A DNA stretch of 64,000 bases from Candidatus Dormiibacterota bacterium (GTDB lineage: Bacteria; Chloroflexota; Dormibacteria; Aeolococcales; Aeolococcaceae). The notes beneath the pieces were generated by a model that was not told the DNA's origin, searched no databases, and saw only the letters and a list, made by a program, of their open reading frames with translations. The stretch is from NCBI GenBank assembly GCA_963709585.1, contig CAVPXI010000007.1, forward strand, positions 64,001 through 128,000, in the 5' to 3' direction. A program made the translations under genes and the position numbers. Of the stretch, positions 51,264 to 62,527 are shown in pieces (position 1 is the first letter of the stretch; each line of letters opens with the position of its first letter).

Positions 51264-52370
51264 TTGACCGCCACGCCGGTTGCGGAGGCATCCGCAGGGC
51301 ATCGGCGCGCCACCATCCATCCGCTGCGCGTGCAGGCTGTGGAGCCGCTCACCGACGATTCCGTGGTGATCGAGTTCGAGGTCCCCCCCGAGCTCGGGAG
51401 CGAGTTCGCGTTCATCCACGGGCAGCACGTCTCCCTCCGGTGCGAGGCGGCCGGAGACGACACCAGACGCAGCTATTCGATCTGCAGCGCCGCCGGATCG
51501 GGACGGCTACGGGTGGCCGTGAAACGGCTCCCGGGCGGGATCTTTTCCGCGTTCGCGATGGAACAACTCAGCGCCGGCGATGTCGTCGAGGTCGTGACCC
51601 CGATCGGCCACTTCAATACGCCACTCGATCCGAGCCATACGACCTCGTACGCAATGATCGCGGCGGGAAGCGGGATCGCGCCCATCCTGTCCAACGTCAC
51701 CACCATTCTCGCCGTCGAACCGCGCAGCACCGTCACGCTCATCTATGGCAACCGGACAGTCAAGGACATCATGTTCCTCGAGGAGCTCGAGGACCTCAAG
51801 AACCGGTACCCGGAACGGTTCGCCCTGTACCACGTGCTCTCGCGCGAGGAGCAGGAGGTGCCGCTCTTTCACGGGCATATCGACGCTGAGCGGCTGAACA
51901 TGTTCCTCGACCAGCTGGTGCGGCCCGAGGACGTGGACGAGTGGTTCCTCTGCGGGCCGCGAGAGATGATCAAGTCGACACGCGGCGTGCTCGTCGAGCG
52001 CGGTGTCGACGCGGACCACGTGCACGCCGAGCTGTTCCACGCGAAGGACGCAAAACCCCCACGCATCGGCGAGCAGCACGTCGCGGCAGGCGCGGCCGAG
52101 GTGACGATCATTCTCGACGGACGCAGCTCGACATTCCCCGTCGATCCGGATGGCGAACGGATCCTCGACGCCGCGCTGCGCGTGCGTTCGGACGCGCCGT
52201 ACGCGTGCAAGGGCGGTGTCTGCGGCACCTGTCGCGCGAAGCTGGTCAGCGGCAGCGTCGAGATGGACCAGCACTTCGCGCTCGAGCAGCGCGAGATCGA
52301 CGCCGGCTTCGTGCTCGCGTGCCAATCGCATCCCACCACCCCGAAGGTCGTTCTCGACTTCGACCAGTGA
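51264..52370 (+). CDS. paaE: Phenylacetyl-CoA epoxidase reductase subunit E
   Basis: RRSYSICS, AGSGIAP, YGNR, FLCGP, PYACKGGVCGTC, VLACQ. Confidence 0.93.
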   Translation: MTATPVAEASAGHRRATIHPLRVQAVEPLTDDSVVIEFEVPPELGSEFAFIHGQHVSLRCEAAGDDTRRSYSICSAAGSGRLRVAVKRLPGGIFSAFAMEQLSAGDVVEVVTPIGHFNTPLDPSHTTSYAMIAAGSGIAPILSNVTTILAVEPRSTVTLIYGNRTVKDIMFLEELEDLKNRYPERFALYHVLSREEQEVPLFHGHIDAERLNMFLDQLVRPEDVDEWFLCGPREMIKSTRGVLVERGVDADHVHAELFHAKDAKPPRIGEQHVAAGAAEVTIILDGRSSTFPVDPDGERILDAALRVRSDAPYACKGGVCGTCRAKLVSGSVEMDQHFALEQREIDAGFVLACQSHPTTPKVVLDFDQ

Positions 52371-52383
52371 TCGAGGATCCTGG

Positions 52384-53355
52384 TCAGACGATCGGGGTCA
52401 GCCAGTCCGCGTAGCGGTCGTTCTCGCCCTTGCAGACGCCGAAGTAGAGGTCCTGGAGCTTGCGGGTCAGCGGCCCGGGCGACCCCGAGCCGATCGCGCG
52501 CTGATCGATCTCGATGACCGCCGAAACCTCGGCGCCGGTGCCGCAGAGCAGGACCTCGTCGGCAACGTACAGCTCACTGCGGTCGATGGTGCGTTCGACG
52601 ACCTCGACGCCGAGTTCGTCACGCGCAAGGGTCATCAGCACCGAGCGCGTGATGCCCTCGACGATGTTCTCCGATGCCGGCGGCGTGATCAGCGTCCCGC
52701 GCCGGAGGATGAACAGGTTCTCCGCACTCCCCTCACAGACGTGGCCCTCCTGGGTCATGAGGATCGCCTCGTCGAACCCGTTGAGAAACGCCTCTGTCTT
52801 GGCCAGCGCGCTGTTGATGTAGATGCCCGTCGCCTTGGACCGCGCCGGCGCGACGTTGTCGTCGATGCGCCGCCAGCTCGAGACCTGACAACGAATCCCT
52901 CCGGTCGTGTCCACGTAAGCGCCGAACGGGACAGGGACGATCATGAACCCGTCGCGCAGGTTGTGAAATCGAATGCCGATCTCCTCGGTCGCCTTGTAGC
53001 AGAGCGGCCGCACGTACACGTCGGTGGTGAAGGCGTTGCGACGGAGCAGCTCGACGGTGATGTCGCACAGGTCGTCGACACTGTGGGGCAGCGCCATGTG
53101 GAGCATGCGTGCGTTGCCGGTCATGCGCGCGAAGTGATCGGCCATCCGGAAGACGTTGATGCGATGCTGCCGCTCGCTCCAGTACGCCCTGATTCCCTCG
53201 AAGCAGCCGGTCCCGTAATGGAGCGCGTGGGTGAGCAGGCCGAGATGTGCATCGCCGTACCTGCACAGCTCGCCCTCGAAGTACACCCACGTGTCCGCCT
53301 GTGCACGGCGAAGCTCGGACTGTGCGACGGGCGCCTTGGTCGGGATCTCAGTCAT
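52384..53355 (-). CDS. ilvE: Branched-chain amino acid aminotransferase
   Basis: HALHYGTGCFEGIRAY, YVRP, KATGIY, EGSAEN, GITR, GTGAEV. Confidence 0.9.
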   Translation of the reverse strand: MTEIPTKAPVAQSELRRAQADTWVYFEGELCRYGDAHLGLLTHALHYGTGCFEGIRAYWSERQHRINVFRMADHFARMTGNARMLHMALPHSVDDLCDITVELLRRNAFTTDVYVRPLCYKATEEIGIRFHNLRDGFMIVPVPFGAYVDTTGGIRCQVSSWRRIDDNVAPARSKATGIYINSALAKTEAFLNGFDEAILMTQEGHVCEGSAENLFILRRGTLITPPASENIVEGITRSVLMTLARDELGVEVVERTIDRSELYVADEVLLCGTGAEVSAVIEIDQRAIGSGSPGPLTRKLQDLYFGVCKGENDRYADWLTPIV

Positions 53356-54574
53356 CCGCACTTGCCTGGTCGGGTGCTTCGATAAGGTCCGCGAGATGCC
53401 TGATGAAGCCGCCGGCGACGCCTCCATCAGCGACGCGGTGATCGAAGACGAGTGAGAGCTCAACCACCGAGCGCGGCACCACGTAGTCGTCCACGACCCA
53501 GGGGCGGGTCGCGATCCGACCGACGCCGAGGATCGCCGCCTCTGGGGGATTGATGATCGCGGTGCCTCCGTCGACGCCGAAGGCACCGAAGTTGGAGACG
53601 GTGAAGGTGCTACCTCGGAGATCGGTCGCGTCGATGGACCCGTCGCGTGCCGCGCTCGCAAGCCGCTGGAGGTCATCGGCAATGCCTGGCAACGACTTGC
53701 TCTGCGCCTCGCGAATCACCGCAACGACGAGGCCGCGATCGGTCTGCACGGCCACCCCGAGGTGGATCGGTGTGAAGCGCACGATCTCGCTGGCCTCGGT
53801 GTCGAAATGGGCGTTGAGCCGGGGGAATTGCCGGAGCGCGATCACGCAGAGCCGCAGGATGATCGCGAAGGGTGTGACTGAGGCATCCGTGGTTCCGGGC
53901 GGCAGCTCCGCACGCAATTCCATGAGCCGGGTTGCGTCGGCGCGAACAAATGCGGTGGCGGTGGGCGCTTCGCGATGGGACCGGGTGAGCCGTTCCGCGG
54001 CGATCCGGTCGACGCCCGTGAGCGAAATGCGTTCGCCGCCCACAACTGTCGGAGGGCTTTGGTTTTCCGGTGTGGCGCCGTCGTGCCTCGAAGCACGCTC
54101 GAGGTCGGCCTGGGTCACCATGCCCCCGGGCCCGCTTCCCGCAATGGTCGCGAGGTCGACACCGAGCTCCGCAGCAAGCCGTCGAACCAGCGGCGAGGCC
54201 GGGGGTGACGGGGCGGACCGAGCCGATCCAGCCGTGCTTGCCGGCGCGACGCTCCGCCGCGAACGCGGCGCCGCTTCGCTGGTTCCGTAGCCGACGAGGA
54301 CGTTCCCCGACTCCGAGGCCGCAGAGGCGCCGGCGACCTCGATGCTGATCAGCGGCTTCCCCACCGCGATCATCTCGCCCTCGGCACCATGGAGGGTGGC
54401 GACGCGTCCCGCAAACGGCGTGGGCACCTCGACGACCGCCTTCTCGGTGGTGATCTCAGCGACCGGCTGGTCGACCGTGACCATGTCACCCTCGGCCACC
54501 AGCCAGCGGTTGACCTCCCCCTCGGTGAGCCCCTCGCCGAGGTCTGGCATGAGGAAGTCGCGAATCGCCGGCAT
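53348..54574 (-). CDS. 2-oxoacid dehydrogenase E2 (dihydrolipoamide acyltransferase)
   Basis: MPDLGEGLTEG, lipoyl site TEKA, ASPLVRRLA, FTVSNFG, FDHRVADG. Confidence 0.92.
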   Translation of the reverse strand: MPAIRDFLMPDLGEGLTEGEVNRWLVAEGDMVTVDQPVAEITTEKAVVEVPTPFAGRVATLHGAEGEMIAVGKPLISIEVAGASAASESGNVLVGYGTSEAAPRSRRSVAPASTAGSARSAPSPPASPLVRRLAAELGVDLATIAGSGPGGMVTQADLERASRHDGATPENQSPPTVVGGERISLTGVDRIAAERLTRSHREAPTATAFVRADATRLMELRAELPPGTTDASVTPFAIILRLCVIALRQFPRLNAHFDTEASEIVRFTPIHLGVAVQTDRGLVVAVIREAQSKSLPGIADDLQRLASAARDGSIDATDLRGSTFTVSNFGAFGVDGGTAIINPPEAAILGVGRIATRPWVVDDYVVPRSVVELSLVFDHRVADGGVAGGFIRHLADLIEAPDQASADD

Positions 54575-54577
54575 CGT

Positions 54578-55552
54578 TCAGTACTCGAGCAGTCGGGTGA
54601 CCGAGTCGAGGATGCGGTCGGCGTCGGGAAGGAAGTGGCGCTCGATCTTGGCCGACGGGTATGGGACGTCGAACCCGGTCACGCGCAACACCGGGGCCGC
54701 GAGATAGCCGAACGCGCGCTCGTTCAACTCGGCGGCGATCTCCGCGCCGTATCCGACGAAACGCGCCGCCTCGTGGACCACCAGAGCCCGTCCGGTCTTG
54801 GTGGCGCTCGCCACCAGCGTGTCCATGTCGACGGGCGACAGCGTTCGGACGTCGACCACCTCGAGCTCCCAGCCATGCTCCTCGTCGGCGCGCGTGGCCG
54901 CCTCCATCGCGGTGGTCACCATCGGTCCGTAGGCGATGACCGTCGCAGTCGTCCCGGTGCGGCGCACGACCGCCTCGCCGATCGGCGGGGCGGTCACCGG
55001 CAGCTCGAGGTCCTCCTTCAACCAGTAGCGGCGCTTCGGCTCGAGAAAGATGACCGGGTCGTCGAAGGCGATCGACGCGCGCAGCAGCGCGTAGGCGTCT
55101 GCGGGCGTCCCCGGCGAGACGACCGTGAGCCCCGCGGTGTGCGCGTAATAGGCCTCGGGACTTTCCGAATGGTGCTCGACGGCGCCGATGCCGCCCCCGT
55201 ATGGGATGCGGATCACCATCGGCAAACCGACACGGCCGCGGGTCCGGTTGCGGTACTTGGCGACGTGGCTGATCACCTGGTTGAGCGCGGGGTACGAGAA
55301 GCCGTCGAACTGCATCTCCACCACCGGACGCAGCCCGTAGATCGCCATGCCGATCGCCGTCCCCGCGATGCCCGACTCTGCGACCGGGGTGTCGAAGCAG
55401 CGGTCGGTGCCCATCTCCGCCTGGAGTCCGTCGGTGATGCGGAACACACCGCCCAGCTTGCCGACGTCCTCGCCGTAGACGACCACGGAGTCGTCGTCGC
55501 GCATCGAGTCGCGAAGGGCGGCGTTGAGGGCACCGGCCATGGTCAGGTCCAT
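54578..55552 (-). CDS. 2-oxoacid dehydrogenase E1 beta subunit
   Basis: GEDVGKLGGVFR, DTPVAESGI, EMQFDGF, EHHSESPE, FLEPK. Confidence 0.92.
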   Translation of the reverse strand: MDLTMAGALNAALRDSMRDDDSVVVYGEDVGKLGGVFRITDGLQAEMGTDRCFDTPVAESGIAGTAIGMAIYGLRPVVEMQFDGFSYPALNQVISHVAKYRNRTRGRVGLPMVIRIPYGGGIGAVEHHSESPEAYYAHTAGLTVVSPGTPADAYALLRASIAFDDPVIFLEPKRRYWLKEDLELPVTAPPIGEAVVRRTGTTATVIAYGPMVTTAMEAATRADEEHGWELEVVDVRTLSPVDMDTLVASATKTGRALVVHEAARFVGYGAEIAAELNERAFGYLAAPVLRVTGFDVPYPSAKIERHFLPDADRILDSVTRLLEY

Positions 55553-56670
55553 CAGCTCTGCTCGGCCGCCTGCAATTCCTGCGCGAGCAGCGCCCGCTGA
55601 CTGTCCAGCTGGGCGGTGGGCGTGGCGTAGACATGGTCGAACATCTCGCGCGGATCGCCGGCCGGAGCGCCGAAGAGAAAGTCACGCATGCGCGCTGCGG
55701 TCGCCTCGCCTTCGGCTTCGACCTCCGAGAGGAACGCGTCGTCGACGACGCCGCCCTCACGCAGCACCGCGAGGAAGCGTTCGACGGGATCCCGGGCGCG
55801 CCACTCGGCAGCCTCGTCGTCGCTGCGGTACCGGCTCGTGTCGTCAGCCGTGGTGTGCGCCTCGAGCCGGTAGGTCACGGCTTCGACGAGCGTCGGCCCG
55901 TCACCACGACGGGCACGGTCGACTGCCGTCTTCACGGCTCCGTAGACCGAGACGACGTCGTTGCCGTCAACGCGGATGCCCGGCATGCCGACGCCCGCCG
56001 CGCGCAACGCGATCGACGAGGTCCTGGTCTGGAGGCGATACGGAACGCTGATCGCGTACCCGTTGTTCTGGACGACGAACACGACCGGAGCCCCGCTCAC
56101 ACCGGCAATGTTCAGCGCTTCGTGGGCGTCACCCTCGCTGGCGGCTCCGTCGCCGAAGAAGGTCAACGCGACGATCGGATCGTGCTTGATCCGCGCGGCC
56201 ATCGCGAGACCGACCGCGTGCAACGCCTGAGTGGCCAGCGGAGTCGTCAGCGGAGCGACCCGGTACCGATAGGGGTCGAAGCCGCAGTGCCAGCTTCCCG
56301 AGAAGAGCGCGAGGAGCTCGACGACGTCGACCCCACGGGCGAACGTCCCCACCGTCTCGCGGTAGGTTGGAAAGAGCCAGTCGTCCGTCTCGAGCGCGAA
56401 GACCGCGCCGACCTGCGCCGCCTCCTGGCCGTGGCTCGAGGCGAAGACACCGAGCGCTCCCTGGCGGGTGAGGTTGATCGCCTGGCGATCGACCCGCCGG
56501 CTCAGCGCCATCAAGCGGTAGAGGGCGCGGAGCTGCTCCGTGGTCAGGTCGACGTCGTGGGACCGCGCGGCGCCGAGATCCCCCTCAGCGGCGACGTCCT
56601 GCCAGATCGCCGTCGACGGCCCCGGAAATGAGGACGGTCCGCTGGTCGCCGACGACACCTCCACACTCAC
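55552..56670 (-). CDS. 2-oxoacid dehydrogenase E1 alpha subunit (BCKDH/PDH type)
   Basis: GQEAAQ, PTYR, TPP motif FGDGA..EGD..NN, AHTTADD..RYR. Confidence 0.92.
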   Translation of the reverse strand: MSVEVSSATSGPSSFPGPSTAIWQDVAAEGDLGAARSHDVDLTTEQLRALYRLMALSRRVDRQAINLTRQGALGVFASSHGQEAAQVGAVFALETDDWLFPTYRETVGTFARGVDVVELLALFSGSWHCGFDPYRYRVAPLTTPLATQALHAVGLAMAARIKHDPIVALTFFGDGAASEGDAHEALNIAGVSGAPVVFVVQNNGYAISVPYRLQTRTSSIALRAAGVGMPGIRVDGNDVVSVYGAVKTAVDRARRGDGPTLVEAVTYRLEAHTTADDTSRYRSDDEAAEWRARDPVERFLAVLREGGVVDDAFLSEVEAEGEATAARMRDFLFGAPAGDPREMFDHVYATPTAQLDSQRALLAQELQAAEQS

Positions 56671-56681
56671 GTTGTTCGATC

Positions 56682-57494
<813 letters not shown>

Positions 57495-57505
57495 CTGAAC
57501 GCTGA

Positions 57506-58300
57506 CTACCGGCCGGTGAAGGCGGGATTGCGCTTCTCCTGGAACGCGGCGATGCCGTCCTGGTAATCGTGCGTCCGCGACGCGCGACCCTGGGCCGCGG
57601 CCTCGGCGGCGAGCAGGTCCGCGAATGTCGGCGATTCGTCCTGGATCATCCGGACGATGCGTTTGGACTCGAGGAAGGCGGACGTCGGACCGTGGGCAAT
57701 CGTACCGGCCATCTCGCGAGTCCGGCGAACGAGGTCGGCGCCGGCGACGCTGCGGTTCACCAGGCCCCATTCCGCCGCTTCGCGTCCGGACAGCAGCCGC
57801 CCGGTATAGATCAGCTCGAGGGTGCGGTGCGGCCCGATCCGGGACACCAGGGCCACATGCGCGCCGCTGTCCAGGACTGCGCCGATGCGGGCGAACGGCG
57901 AACCGATCCGGGCGTCATCGGCGGCGTACACGATGTCGCAGGCGAGTGCGAGGCCGAGACCGGTTCCGAGGCAGGCGCCTTGGACGGCGGCGATCGTCGG
58001 GACGGCGAGCCCGGCCATCCGCGCCATGAGCGGGTTGAACTCGTCGCGGAGGATCGCCTCGCCATCTTCGTGGGCCGGATCCGCGCTGGCGAGGTCACGT
58101 CCGCTGCAGAACGCGCGGCCCTCGCCACGAACGAGCACGGCCCGAGCCCCGGCGGTCTCCGCCGCGTCAAGGCTCTCGAGGAGCTCCCGCACCATCACGG
58201 CGCTCATCGCGTTCAGCTTGTCTGGACGATCGAGCATCAGCTCGGCAACGCCGCCCTCGATGGTCAGGCGGACCGTGCGGCCCTGCTCAGATTCCGGCAT
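57506..58300 (-). CDS. Crotonase-family protein, PaaG-like (epoxyphenylacetyl-CoA isomerase candidate)
   Basis: [41 protein letters not shown]; paa context. Confidence 0.8.
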   Translation of the reverse strand: MPESEQGRTVRLTIEGGVAELMLDRPDKLNAMSAVMVRELLESLDAAETAGARAVLVRGEGRAFCSGRDLASADPAHEDGEAILRDEFNPLMARMAGLAVPTIAAVQGACLGTGLGLALACDIVYAADDARIGSPFARIGAVLDSGAHVALVSRIGPHRTLELIYTGRLLSGREAAEWGLVNRSVAGADLVRRTREMAGTIAHGPTSAFLESKRIVRMIQDESPTFADLLAAEAAAQGRASRTHDYQDGIAAFQEKRNPAFTGR

Positions 58301-58754
58301 AGGGCGCCCGCTCCCTGGCGGTGAGAATCTTCAGCTGGCTGGCGCAGACGGTGACCCCGTTCTGGTTGAGCACGTCCCAGCGATACGAGACCAGCCCCGA
58401 TTTCGCGTCGCGGTCCGACTTCTCGAGCACCTCGATGTCGAGGTAGATGGTGTCGTTGATCCACGTCGGTGCGGTGTAGCGCAGTCGATCGGTGCCGTAG
58501 TTGGCGAGGATTGTGGTCGCGTCGCTCGGTACACCGAGACCAGTTCCGAGCGCAAACACCATGATTCCGGGCGCGACCCGCTGACCGAACATCGATCGCT
58601 CCGCCGCGACTCTGTCGATGTGGGGGTAGAACCAGTCGCCGGTCAGCGCGCACCAGTTGACGATGTCCGTCTCGGTGATGGTTCGTCCCCGGGTGCGCTG
58701 GGTCTGGCCGACCTCCAGCTCGTCGTAGGTCCGGTACAGAAGAAACCGATCCAC
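58287..58754 (-). CDS. MaoC/PaaZ C-terminal-like hotdog dehydratase
   Basis: RTITETDIVN...TGDWFYPH.D, FGQRVAPG, ANYG.DRLR. Confidence 0.82.
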   Translation of the reverse strand: MDRFLLYRTYDELEVGQTQRTRGRTITETDIVNWCALTGDWFYPHIDRVAAERSMFGQRVAPGIMVFALGTGLGVPSDATTILANYGTDRLRYTAPTWINDTIYLDIEVLEKSDRDAKSGLVSYRWDVLNQNGVTVCASQLKILTARERAPYAGI

Positions 58755-58804
58755 CCCGATATGCCTCCGTGCGCCGGCGTGTTCGACCGGCGGGCTGGGG
58801 AAGT

Positions 58805-60115
58805 CTACGACCGGCGGTCGATCACCCGCTGGAGCTTGCCGGCCGAGCGTTCGAGGGTCTCGGGGTCGACGACCTCCACCAGGACGGTGACCCCCACCCG
58901 ATCCTTGACCTCGCGAGCCAGCGCCTCCGCGGCCGGGTCGCGGCGCTCGGGAGGGCAGTCGGAGCGAGCTTCGACGCGCACCGACAGCGTGTCGAGGCGC
59001 CCCGCGCGCCCGAGGATCAGCTGGAAGTGTGGCGAGAGACCGGCGGTGCGGAGGACGAGTTCCTCGAGCTGGGTGGGAAAGACGTTGACGCCGCGCAGGA
59101 TGATCATGTCGTCGCTGCGCCCGGTCACCTTCTCCATGCGCCGGAACGCCGGTCGCGCCGTCCCCGGGAGCAGCCGGGTGAGATCGCGCGTGCGGTAGCG
59201 GACCATGGGCAGCGCCTGCTTGGTCAGCGATGTGAAGACCAGCTCGCCGAGCTCGCCGTCAGGGAGCACCTCGCCAGTGACCGGGTCGATCACCTCGGGA
59301 TAAAAATGGTCCTCCCAGATGTGCAGGCCATCCTTGGTCTCGACGCACTCCTGTGAGACGCCGGGACCCATGACCTCCGACAGCCCATAGATGTCCACGG
59401 CGTGCATCTCCGCGCGGCCCTCGATCTCGGCGCGCATCGCCTCGGTCCACGGTTCCGCACCGAAGATGCCGATACGCAACGAGCACGTCCGCGGGTCCAC
59501 GCCCTGGCGTTCGAACTCGTCGATGAGGGCGAGCATGTACGACGGCGTCACCATGATGATCGCGGGCTCGAAGTCACGGATCAACTGCACCTGGCGCGGG
59601 GTCATCCCGCCGGAGACGGGCACGACGGTGCAGCCGAGGCGCTCAGCGCCGTAGTGCGCGCCCAGCCCGCCGGTGAACAGGCCATAGCCGTAGGCGACGT
59701 GGACGATGTCGCCGCTGCGCCCGCCGGCTGCGCGGATGGACCGCGCCATGAGGTCCGCCCAGGTGTCGAGATCGTCCTGGGTGTAGCCGACGACCGTCGG
59801 GCGCCCGGTGGTCCCGCTCGACGCGTGGACGCGGCGCACCTCTTGACGGGGGACGGCGAACATGCCGAACGGGTAGTTGTCGCGGAGATCTGTCTTGGTG
59901 GTCAAGGGAAATCGCGCGAGGTCGGCGAGCGTTTCGCAGTCTTTGGGCGTGACCCCCGCGGACTCGAATGCGCGGCGGTAATGGGGGACGTTGGCGTAGG
60001 CGTGATGCAACGACCAGCGCAGACGCTGGAGCTGCAGCTCGAGCAGGGCATCACGGCTCAGGCGTTCACCCGGATCGAGAAGCCACGGTGGCGGCGCGGT
60101 GCCCAGGCTGCTCAC
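58805..60115 (-). CDS. paaK: Phenylacetate-CoA ligase
   Basis: LRDNYPFGMFA, HASSGTTG, GYGLFTGGLG, GAEPW, IYGLSEVMGPG, GRSDDM. Confidence 0.95.
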   Translation of the reverse strand: MSSLGTAPPPWLLDPGERLSRDALLELQLQRLRWSLHHAYANVPHYRRAFESAGVTPKDCETLADLARFPLTTKTDLRDNYPFGMFAVPRQEVRRVHASSGTTGRPTVVGYTQDDLDTWADLMARSIRAAGGRSGDIVHVAYGYGLFTGGLGAHYGAERLGCTVVPVSGGMTPRQVQLIRDFEPAIIMVTPSYMLALIDEFERQGVDPRTCSLRIGIFGAEPWTEAMRAEIEGRAEMHAVDIYGLSEVMGPGVSQECVETKDGLHIWEDHFYPEVIDPVTGEVLPDGELGELVFTSLTKQALPMVRYRTRDLTRLLPGTARPAFRRMEKVTGRSDDMIILRGVNVFPTQLEELVLRTAGLSPHFQLILGRAGRLDTLSVRVEARSDCPPERRDPAAEALAREVKDRVGVTVLVEVVDPETLERSAGKLQRVIDRRS

Positions 60116-60510
60116 GCGCGATCCGTCCCGACCGTGCGGCTGGTACCACGGAATTCCGCGATGACGTCGTCGCCGTGGCGCACGGTCACGTCGTAGATTC
60201 CCGAGCGCCCGAAACGGGCTCGCTCGACGGCGCGGGCTTCGAGCACGTCGCCGGCACGCGACGGTGCGACAAAGGTGATGACGGCCGCGGCCGCGACCGT
60301 CATCGGGCCATGGCTGTTGCACGCACAGGCGAACGCGGTGTCGGCGACAGCGAACACGAACGCCCCGTGGGTGATGCCGTGGCCGTTCACCATGTCCGCG
60401 CGGATCGCCATGGTGGCGGTGGCGGCGCCGACTTCGACGTCGCGCACCTCAATGCCGAGTGCCCGTGACGCGGCGTCGCCCGCGAGCATCCGGGTCACCG
60501 AATCAGTCAC
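60112..60510 (-). CDS. paaI: Hydroxyphenylacetyl-CoA thioesterase
   Basis: MVNGHGITHG, ADTAFACACNS, GIYDV, AEFRG. Confidence 0.92.
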   Translation of the reverse strand: MTDSVTRMLAGDAASRALGIEVRDVEVGAATATMAIRADMVNGHGITHGAFVFAVADTAFACACNSHGPMTVAAAAVITFVAPSRAGDVLEARAVERARFGRSGIYDVTVRHGDDVIAEFRGTSRTVGTDRA

Positions 60511-60549
60511 CGATCCTCCCCTGCGTGCGCTCGTGTCGCCTTCGGATGT

Positions 60550-61143
60550 TCAGATCGTTATTGTGGTGCGCTCGACAGCGGCCACCGCGCCCGGGGCGCC
60601 TCCGAGGGTCACGCGCGCCGATGCGCGTCTGCCGCCGAGATAGAGAACGAGTTCGGTTGCCGGACCGTTGAGCGTTGCCGTGCCCCCCGAGCCATACCGT
60701 CGCCGCCCACCGTCAGGACGAACCAGTTCGAGCCCGTAGGGTCGGATGCGTCGCGCGAGGCGCCGCGCAGAGAAACGGACCATCCGCCATGACAGCGCCT
60801 CGAGGTCAGCCATCGGTGCGCGTGGATCACGACCGTTGGCGCGGCGGACGTCCTCGTGATGGATGAAGTATTCCAAGCCGTTCAACACATTTCGAATGCG
60901 CGGAAGACGCCAGGGAATCAGGGGGGCTCCGGCACGCAGACGGGCGACCATTGCGGGAAGCCCGTTGGCTTTCTCCACCGCGCGCTGGGCGTCGGACCAG
61001 CGGTGGAAATGCTCTCGGAGTACCAGGTGTGCAGCGAGGTCGGCAGTGGTCCAGCCCTCGCACAACGTGGGTGCGTCGGGACCGAGTTCGAGCAGGAGAT
61101 CGCAAAGCTCCGTGCGTTCGCGGACGTCGATCGGCGCGGTCAT
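60550..61143 (-). CDS. TIGR03085/MDMPI-type (DinB superfamily) metal-binding protein
   Basis: ER..LCD, PDAPTLCEGWT..DLAAHL..RE, EYFIHHEDVRRAN. Confidence 0.82.
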   Translation of the reverse strand: MTAPIDVRERTELCDLLLELGPDAPTLCEGWTTADLAAHLVLREHFHRWSDAQRAVEKANGLPAMVARLRAGAPLIPWRLPRIRNVLNGLEYFIHHEDVRRANGRDPRAPMADLEALSWRMVRFSARRLARRIRPYGLELVRPDGGRRRYGSGGTATLNGPATELVLYLGGRRASARVTLGGAPGAVAAVERTTITI

Positions 61144-61205
61144 CGGGGTGGGCAGCGTACCTGCTCGAGGGATCCGCCTCGATGCGCCGGCGTCGGGTCC
61201 GGGGT

Positions 61206-61541
61206 TCAGCCGAAGAAGCGCCGGCGCTTCCCAACCCCTGCCATGCGCAACACCGCGAGCAGGATGACCGCGCCCGCGAACGCGATGACGATTTCCACGA
61301 TGATCGAGCGGCTCGTGATGGCGGTGGTGACCCCGAGATATCGGGCAAGAAGTCCCCCCGCCAGGGCGCCGATGATTCCGATCACGATGTCGGTGACGAT
61401 TCCCTTACCGCGGCCGGTCATCACCTTGCTCGCCAGGAAGCCCGCGACCAGACCGATCAACGCCCAAACGAGGATCGAACCCGGGTCGAATGTCACGGAT
61501 ACCAGTGCAAGCATTGTTGGTGCGCCCTCCGCAGCCGTCAT
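61206..61541 (-). CDS. GlsB/YeaQ/YmgE-family small membrane protein
   Basis: WALIGLVAGFLA, DIVIGIIGALAGG, AFAGAVILL. Confidence 0.85.
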   Translation of the reverse strand: MTAAEGAPTMLALVSVTFDPGSILVWALIGLVAGFLASKVMTGRGKGIVTDIVIGIIGALAGGLLARYLGVTTAITSRSIIVEIVIAFAGAVILLAVLRMAGVGKRRRFFG

Positions 61542-61545
61542 CGAT

Positions 61546-61986
61546 TTACCTGGCGGTCGTCGCGTTACGAGCCGAGATCAGGGTGACAACCTTCACGATC
61601 GCGGTCGCCACAAGCACGTAGATGACAATGGCCAGGACGTCGGCCCACACGATCAGGTTGCCGCGAGCGGCGGTTGCCGTGTTGAAGATACCGGCGAACG
61701 GGCTCGCCAGTGCCTTGCCGACGGCGAAGACGAACGCCGCGAAGCCGACGTCGTTCGCTCCCGAGGCATGGAAGATGAAGTCGAGAGCGAGGAACGCGAC
61801 AACGATTCCGGCGATGAGCCAGACGAACTCGACTCCCGGAGATTTGCCTGACCACACAGCGGTCCTGCTCCGGCGCACGCTCGCTCCGGTGGCTGGATCA
61901 GCAACGGTCTGGGTCGTGGTGTTGACCCCGGTCCGGTTCGATCCGTAATCCGTGACGGCTTGATCCTGGGTCTGCATGTCGGTCAT
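61546..61986 (-). CDS. Hypothetical membrane protein (YggT-like C-terminal half)
   Basis: GGAG RBS; hydrophobic segments, GAN..F..FV..., PFAGIF. Confidence 0.65.
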   Translation of the reverse strand: MTDMQTQDQAVTDYGSNRTGVNTTTQTVADPATGASVRRSRTAVWSGKSPGVEFVWLIAGIVVAFLALDFIFHASGANDVGFAAFVFAVGKALASPFAGIFNTATAARGNLIVWADVLAIVIYVLVATAIVKVVTLISARNATTAR

Positions 61987-62103
61987 GGGGTGGCTCCTTC
62001 GTGGACGCTCGTCAGTGAAAACCGTTCCGCCTGCGGTCCCACGTGAAGTCAGTGTGTCGCGGAGAGCGCAACAATTTCAGTAACAGCGACGCATTGTGCC
62101 GTG

Positions 62104-62466
62104 CTATCCGGGAGGGACGAGCACAACCGCCGGAGCAACACCGGCGAGGCCATCGATGCGCCGGCAGGCCAACTCCCAGAAGCCCAGGCGCGATCGGAAC
62201 CGTTCCGCCTGGGCAACGACGACGGGCACGTTGGTGAGCGCGACCTCCTGCCGAGCTTGCGGCGACTGATCGGCCATCAGCTCATGAATGCGCTCCAGGA
62301 CCGACTCCTCCATCGCGAGGATCTCCGTGTAGATCTCTCTCCAGAACAGCGCTTGCTCGAGCGTCGCGGTGGCAGGATCGGCTTCTCCTTCCATGCCCAG
62401 CGAGTTGTCGCCACCCCGTATCGCGGCGACCACGTCGGGTCGCTCGTAGGCGGCGTTGTGATTCAT
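62104..62466 (-). CDS. Hypothetical helical protein, paralog of the N-terminal domain of the divergent regulator
   Basis: MEGEADP..EQALFWREIY.EIL..EESVLERI...AQAERFRSRLGFW. Confidence 0.7.
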   Translation of the reverse strand: MNHNAAYERPDVVAAIRGGDNSLGMEGEADPATATLEQALFWREIYTEILAMEESVLERIHELMADQSPQARQEVALTNVPVVVAQAERFRSRLGFWELACRRIDGLAGVAPAVVLVPPG

Positions 62467-62527
62467 GGTCTTCTCATACACCCGCCGGCGTAAGAAGATC
62501 AGCAACAGCTTCCGTATAGTCTCGGCC

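Noticed and set aside
62465-62527. ATG 62465 as start of the winged-helix gene, overlapping the opposite start on a CATG palindrome
   Set aside because: The extra N-terminal peptide is atypical and would leave no promoter space. GTG 62528, preceded by TATAGT, is more plausible.
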